A DNA stretch of 64,000 nucleotides, from assembly GCF_037042905.1 (NCBI RefSeq), contig NC_087249.1, positions 7,070,001 to 7,134,000 of the forward strand, read 5' to 3'. The stretch's first letter is position 1, and the number at the start of each line of letters is the position of its first letter. Below, one piece after another: positions 61,828 through 64,000 of this stretch. The position numbers and the translations under genes are program-made. This DNA is from Lytechinus pictus. Its lineage: Eukaryota. A model generated the notes under the pieces. That model saw nothing but the letters and a program-made list of their open reading frames with translations. It did not search any database and had not been told where the DNA came from.

Positions 61828-63178
61828 CATCATCATCATCATCATCATCATAATCACCACCATCATCAATGTTGCCGTCATCATCACCATCATCATCACC
61901 TTGAATACCACCGTCACCATCATCTTCACTACCACCATGATCACAATCTGCTCATACTTTTCTCAGGATAGATATTCTCTTATACCTATCTTACATCCTA
62001 CCTAGTAAATGTAAATAACAAGCATGAAATTCCTATTGTAATACCCACCTCATCATCCTCATAGATACGATCATCAACAATGTTGATCGGAATGGTGGCA
62101 GCTCTCTGCAGAAAATGAAACCAAATACAATACAATATTTTAAATTGCTGCCTCAAAGTGTCAAGTTTTGGTGGTCCTTTTCAGAATCAACACATGCCCA
62201 CAAAAGAATGCATGGCGTACCATGAGGCCTCTACAGTAATCACTGCATCCTTTTGAGATAGAATGTATAAAATTTTCAGTGTGATACATCTTGATAAATT
62301 TATGTTGCTTTTGTGTCTAATTCTTTGTATCTTTGTTATTTTGGAAAAATAAAACACAATTTTAAGACATGAAAACACATTTTTGATAATTGTATTGACA
62401 TATTAAGGTAAAAAAAATATGTCTATGCACTTACACGTATGTATTTATGAAAATTTTGCACCAATGGTGACACCGAAATGCATGCCAATGAATATGTCGA
62501 GATTGTCAGAAGGATCAGGCAGATTTACACATACTCCAAATTCAGTTTCCAAATTCAGTGAGTAAACTTGTTTTTACGGCAATTTAGATGTCACATATCA
62601 CTTTGTGACGCACTATATCAAAGAACATATATGTATTCTGGAGTATATGCCAGATAAATTTTTTCATGATGCCTGAAAATTAGACTACTCATAAGAGCTA
62701 TGTCTATAGCATCATTTTTTTTCTCTCTTTCATAGAAAGATTTCATCCAAAATCAAAGACAAAACAATTGATTGAATTTACGGAAAAAATCAAGAAGCAA
62801 ACATGTTTACATTGTATAACAACTGAACATGACCCAACATGGGCATGTTTCATGAGCCATCTTTTCAATGAGTTCACTGACCAATTTGCTCTGATCCAAT
62901 CAGATGCAAAGATTTCAGTAGCTTATAACAGTCATTGAAAAATCATTGACTTTGCATTTGATGAAATGTTCCGTGTTTCCTAGAGTGTGTCTTACCTGGC
63001 CGTTTACGAGAGTGACATTACCAGAGAGAGGGTTGAAGTCAGCGGTGGAGGCACTGACAGTGGTAGCGAGCCAGCTCACGCCCACGGTGCCGATCGCACC
63101 GGCCGTACGCAGCACCGGGAGGTTGAGGATACCACTGGTGCCGGATCCTTCGTAGACCTCCACATCACCATCGGCATT
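21413..63178 (-). CDS. ADGRV1: Adhesion GPCR V1 (VLGR1/GPR98), 3' portion: 42 exons, about 2377 aa; gene continues beyond the window
   Basis: Phase-consistent GT-AG exons encode tandem Calx-beta repeats (R.GG..G.V.V.W, DD..PE..E.F.V.L, I..ND.P.G), GAIN/GPS ([11 protein letters not shown]), a 7TM region ([24 protein letters not shown]) and a C-tail [15 protein letters not shown]...[10 protein letters not shown] that matches vertebrate ADGRV1 as I recall it. Confidence 0.97.
22860..23162. mobile_element. Harbinger/Tourist-like MITE family C
   Basis: TIR ggcctgtattctgaa / ttcagaatacaggcc; 3-bp TSD TAT; copy at 60612-60934. Confidence 0.85.
23182..23433 (-). CDS. ADGRV1: ADGRV1 exon (TM7 end, intracellular tail)
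   Basis: [21 protein letters not shown]. Confidence 0.93.
24109..24230 (-). CDS. ADGRV1: ADGRV1 exon (TM6-TM7)
   Basis: [18 protein letters not shown]. Confidence 0.96.
24388..24762 (+). mobile_element. Helentron-associated (HINE/DINE-1-like) element
   Basis: ttttataccccc..gggtgtata 5' stem, cggtc microrepeat, two core repeats, gggggtat subterminal IR. Confidence 0.6.
24762..25320. repeat. (CAT/CAC)n-rich compound microsatellite/minisatellite
   Basis: Seen directly; includes repeated ..ttataaacatgatcac..gacgaccaccacccc.. units. Confidence 0.9.
25339..25496 (-). CDS. ADGRV1: ADGRV1 exon (TM5)
   Basis: [25 protein letters not shown]. Confidence 0.95.
25560..25915. mobile_element. HINE-like element (truncated)
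   Basis: Two about 135-bp units with ttttgacccctagatga; end hairpin tgtctc..gagacaaaaa like that of 30928-31880. Confidence 0.55.
26497..26889. mobile_element. Kolobok-like non-autonomous element
   Basis: ttaa|agg...tct|ttaa with an imperfect TIR. Confidence 0.55.
27083..27452. mobile_element. Two abutting Harbinger-like MITEs
   Basis: A family A unit followed at cag by a unit related to 15509-15727. Confidence 0.75.
27471..27600 (-). CDS. ADGRV1: ADGRV1 exon (TM4)
   Basis: [19 protein letters not shown]. Confidence 0.93.
28704..28785 (-). CDS. ADGRV1: ADGRV1 exon
   Basis: [27 protein letters not shown]. Confidence 0.95.
29343..29933. mobile_element. Kolobok-like non-autonomous element
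   Basis: TTAA TSD; TIR aggacaagtccacccca / tggggtggacttgacct; long internal inverted similarity. Confidence 0.8.
30405..30521 (-). CDS. ADGRV1: ADGRV1 exon (TM3)
   Basis: [26 protein letters not shown]. Confidence 0.95.
30831..32198. mobile_element. Long-TIR MITE carrying a nested HINE
   Basis: About 90-bp TIR gaattcacaaaggtggttttgaaaacccacgg...cgcgtat at both ends. Confidence 0.8.
30928..31880. mobile_element. Helentron-associated (HINE-like) element with about 5 tandem 162-190 bp units
   Basis: Subterminal IR gtctcacctgca / tgcaggtgagac, terminal hairpin, insertion in an A-run, tandem gatgttcagtgatacttga..gacctttgaccttg units. Confidence 0.75.
32244..32348 (-). CDS. ADGRV1: ADGRV1 exon (TM1-TM2)
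   Basis: [17 protein letters not shown]. Confidence 0.94.
33100..33686. mobile_element. MITE with poly-G/poly-C termini
   Basis: ccg(g)n..cagtcaaatgtattgctgtacac / gtgtacagtgatatatttgactg(c)ngg. Confidence 0.7.
33725..33847 (-). CDS. ADGRV1: ADGRV1 exon (GPS cleavage site, start of TM1)
   Basis: [26 protein letters not shown]. Confidence 0.95.
34286..34453 (-). CDS. ADGRV1: ADGRV1 exon (GAIN/GPS)
   Basis: [27 protein letters not shown]. Confidence 0.93.
35297..35453 (-). CDS. ADGRV1: ADGRV1 exon (GAIN)
   Basis: [21 protein letters not shown]. Confidence 0.94.
35545..35910. repeat. (ATTC/ATTT)n microsatellite
   Basis: Seen directly. Confidence 0.95.
35984..36223 (-). CDS. ADGRV1: ADGRV1 exon (GAIN)
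   Basis: [31 protein letters not shown]. Confidence 0.94.
36240..36445. repeat. (AGT)n/(AAT)n microsatellite
   Basis: Seen directly; interrupted twice by CATGTA. Confidence 0.95.
36746..36853 (-). CDS. ADGRV1: ADGRV1 exon (GAIN start)
   Basis: [26 protein letters not shown]. Confidence 0.88.
36980..37096 (-). CDS. ADGRV1: ADGRV1 exon
   Basis: [22 protein letters not shown]. Confidence 0.88.
37486..38379. mobile_element. Kolobok-like non-autonomous element
   Basis: TTAA TSD; perfect 16-bp TIR ggacgttccacagtta; internal repeats aaatccatgtcattttcaccaaa. Confidence 0.85.
38609..38715 (-). CDS. ADGRV1: ADGRV1 exon
   Basis: [23 protein letters not shown]. Confidence 0.92.
39700..40107. mobile_element. 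Train of three Harbinger-like MITEs
   Basis: Units joined at cctgg (39815, 39976) and bounded by ccagg (39697) and cctgg (40107). Confidence 0.75.
40466..40667 (-). CDS. ADGRV1: ADGRV1 exon
   Basis: [20 protein letters not shown]. Confidence 0.93.
41235..41530 (-). CDS. ADGRV1: ADGRV1 exon
   Basis: [35 protein letters not shown]. Confidence 0.94.
42034..42186 (-). CDS. ADGRV1: ADGRV1 exon
   Basis: [20 protein letters not shown]. Confidence 0.93.
42531..42804. mobile_element. Harbinger-like MITE family B
   Basis: TIR gggccccatcgtacaaag / ctttgtaagacggggccc. Confidence 0.8.
43046..43186 (-). CDS. ADGRV1: ADGRV1 exon
   Basis: [30 protein letters not shown]. Confidence 0.93.
43552..44013. 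mobile_element. piggyBac-like non-autonomous element
   Basis: ttaa|ccctaa..actggg / cccagt..ttaggg|ttaa; internal sequence shared with about 9160-9585 and 53720-54482. Confidence 0.8.
44572..44762 (-). CDS. ADGRV1: ADGRV1 exon
   Basis: [22 protein letters not shown]. Confidence 0.92.
45090..45248 (-). CDS. ADGRV1: ADGRV1 exon
   Basis: [24 protein letters not shown]. Confidence 0.92.
45971..46220 (-). CDS. ADGRV1: ADGRV1 exon
   Basis: [32 protein letters not shown]. Confidence 0.94.
46640..46819 (-). CDS. ADGRV1: ADGRV1 exon
   Basis: [24 protein letters not shown]. Confidence 0.91.
47206..47374. mobile_element. Harbinger-like MITE carrying an X-box and CCAAT
   Basis: TIR tttcatgaaagttgtcag / ctgacaactttcatgaca; CAG flanks. 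Confidence 0.75.
47386..47567 (-). CDS. ADGRV1: ADGRV1 exon
   Basis: [21 protein letters not shown]. Confidence 0.93.
48429..48542 (-). CDS. ADGRV1: ADGRV1 exon
   Basis: [20 protein letters not shown]. Confidence 0.92.
48949..49051 (-). CDS. ADGRV1: ADGRV1 exon
   Basis: [24 protein letters not shown]. Confidence 0.88.
49315..49426. mobile_element. hAT-like 112-bp palindromic MITE
   Basis: About 50-bp inverted arms cagtggcgaactgtgacc..; perfect 8-bp TSD gatgcagt. Confidence 0.88.
49743..49805 (-). CDS. ADGRV1: ADGRV1 exon
   Basis: [21 protein letters not shown]; aag/gtaagt. Confidence 0.85.
49958..50134. mobile_element. Harbinger-like MITE family A
   Basis: Same TIR as 17929-18092. Confidence 0.8.
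50994..51150 (-). CDS. ADGRV1: ADGRV1 exon
   Basis: [20 protein letters not shown]. Confidence 0.93.
51512..51782 (-). mobile_element. tRNA-derived SINE
   Basis: Head and core nearly identical to 10151-10290 on the reverse strand; (TAT)n tail. Confidence 0.85.
51884..52110 (-). CDS. ADGRV1: ADGRV1 exon
   Basis: [22 protein letters not shown]. Confidence 0.94.
52224..52620. repeat. (CAT/CAC)n compound microsatellite
   Basis: Seen directly. Confidence 0.95.
52630..52779 (-). CDS. ADGRV1: ADGRV1 exon
   Basis: [24 protein letters not shown]. Confidence 0.93.
53184..53429 (-). CDS. ADGRV1: ADGRV1 exon
   Basis: [21 protein letters not shown]. Confidence 0.93.
53485..53715 (+). mobile_element. 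5'-truncated tRNA-derived SINE
   Basis: B box gttcgaatccc, gtcctttggcaagg, ccaaggtgttgaatgggtacc core. Confidence 0.65.
53720..54482. mobile_element. piggyBac-like non-autonomous element
   Basis: TTAA TSD, CCC/GGG termini, palindrome (g)n tcaaattga (c)n near both ends. Confidence 0.85.
54933..55366 (-). CDS. ADGRV1: ADGRV1 exon
   Basis: [33 protein letters not shown]. Confidence 0.95.
55407..55576. mobile_element. Harbinger-like MITE (family A relative)
   Basis: TIR tgtttcataaagctgttcgtaagtt / aactttatgaacagcttatgaaaca. Confidence 0.75.
56042..56181 (-). CDS. ADGRV1: ADGRV1 exon
   Basis: [22 protein letters not shown]. Confidence 0.93.
56726..56961 (-). CDS. ADGRV1: ADGRV1 exon
   Basis: [25 protein letters not shown]. 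Confidence 0.94.
57480..57674 (-). CDS. ADGRV1: ADGRV1 exon
   Basis: [26 protein letters not shown]. Confidence 0.93.
58030..58168 (-). CDS. ADGRV1: ADGRV1 exon
   Basis: [19 protein letters not shown]. Confidence 0.92.
58236..58721. mobile_element. Nested/abutting Harbinger-like MITEs
   Basis: Truncated unit, then a family B unit at cctgg (58279), then a full unit at ccagg (58569). Confidence 0.7.
58944..59067 (-). CDS. ADGRV1: ADGRV1 exon
   Basis: [19 protein letters not shown]. Confidence 0.9.
59439..59559 (-). CDS. ADGRV1: ADGRV1 exon
   Basis: [27 protein letters not shown]. Confidence 0.92.
59862..60032 (+). mobile_element. SINE 3' fragment
   Basis: cacccaggtgctaattgggtacc core and gtgaagcgctttgag..(tat)n L2-like tail. 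Confidence 0.65.
60284..60430 (-). CDS. ADGRV1: ADGRV1 exon
   Basis: [28 protein letters not shown]. Confidence 0.93.
60612..60934. mobile_element. Harbinger/Tourist-like MITE family C
   Basis: Perfect TIR ggcccgtattctgaa; TAA TSD; the empty site is visible in the adjacent duplicate at about 60450-60465. Confidence 0.9.
61330..61452 (-). CDS. ADGRV1: ADGRV1 exon
   Basis: [29 protein letters not shown]. Confidence 0.92.
61518..61945. repeat. (CAT)n compound microsatellite
   Basis: Seen directly. Confidence 0.95.
62049..62105 (-). CDS. ADGRV1: ADGRV1 exon
   Basis: [19 protein letters not shown]; cag/gtggg. Confidence 0.9.
62996..63178 (-). CDS. ADGRV1: ADGRV1 exon (Calx-beta)
   Basis: [28 protein letters not shown]; cag/gtaag. 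Confidence 0.93.
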
Positions 63179-63607
63179 CTGGATATGAGATGAGAACAAT
63201 GCATCCATATTTTATCATTTAATGAGTGACTTTATGCAACCATGTAAGTTACAAACTATTCCCCATAAATTCCCAATTGTTTTAACACAAAACACATTTC
63301 GGAGTGAAGAGAAAATACAGAAAATATTCAAGTACATGTTTTATCTGGCCTCAGAAATACACTACAAGTATGTCTGGGGAAGAAATATCAGAATTCACCA
63401 TATATTTCATGGGATTTAAGGTCAAATATAATTACAACTGTATTATACATCAAGCCCTAAATAACAGGTTTAATTTGCATGAGGATACTGTGAGCAGTAC
63501 CTGGTGGGTGTTTCATAAAGCTTTTTTACACTCTAAATAATCACCAATGAACATCATCAAATATAATTTTACCACGGATCACCAGTCGTTCTTAAAGTCA
63601 CTTTTAA

Positions 63608-64000
63608 AGGAGAATGAAACTCTTGGAGCAAGTTAGCTTTTGTGAAAGCAGAAAAATCAAAGAATAAGATCAACAAAAGTTTGAGTAAAATAGGACTAGC
63701 AATAGAAGAGTTATGAGCGTTTGAATGTCGAGATCACTAATGCTATGGAGATCCTCCCATTGGCAATGCGACCAAGATCTATGATGTCACAGATGAACAA
63801 CTCTCCCCTTTTGGACACTGAAAATATACCCCAAAACATCTCTTTTTGCTCATTCTAATCATATGAGAAATGATTCATCAGTGATATAATGTTGTGAAAC
63901 CTCTGTACTTGTCCTCTCATAAAGAGAACACCTCATCTTGTGATAGACTCTATATAAGTGAGAATATAAGTGAAATAAGTACTAAAGTAATGAGGGAGTT
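63608..64000. mobile_element. Probable Kolobok-like element end, interrupting a family A MITE
   Basis: MITE A (from 63505) breaks at ttaa|aggagaatgaaac; the other end is outside the window. Confidence 0.5.

Overview
Eukaryotic, intron-rich, AT-rich animal DNA; the repeat content and gene structure look like an invertebrate deuterostome, probably a sea urchin (inference). It holds two convergent genes that I spliced by hand. (1) FAN1 (+ strand): 14 coding exons from the window edge to the stop at 16339, start codon upstream of the window, with UBZ, SAP, TPR and VRR_NUC domains and one GC-AG intron. (2) The 3' part of ADGRV1/VLGR1/GPR98 (- strand): 42 phase-consistent exons from 63178 to the stop at 21413, about 2377 aa, covering Calx-beta repeats, GAIN/GPS, 7TM and the C-terminal DTHL PDZ ligand. 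Introns are full of non-autonomous elements (hAT-, Harbinger-, piggyBac-, Kolobok-, Tc1- and Helentron-like), tRNA-derived SINEs, LINE relics and long trinucleotide repeats. Most unusual signals: (a) about 44 copies of TACATGTA, several of which look like CATGTA insertions at TA sites when repeat copies are compared, matching Tc1/mariner excision footprints; (b) decayed tandem 'echoes' of exon edges and splice sites next to four ADGRV1 exons; (c) trains of different MITEs joined at CCWGG sites; (d) MITE-borne RFX X-box plus CCAAT modules. No CRISPR array, rRNA or true tRNA gene was seen. All coordinates and counts were read by eye.
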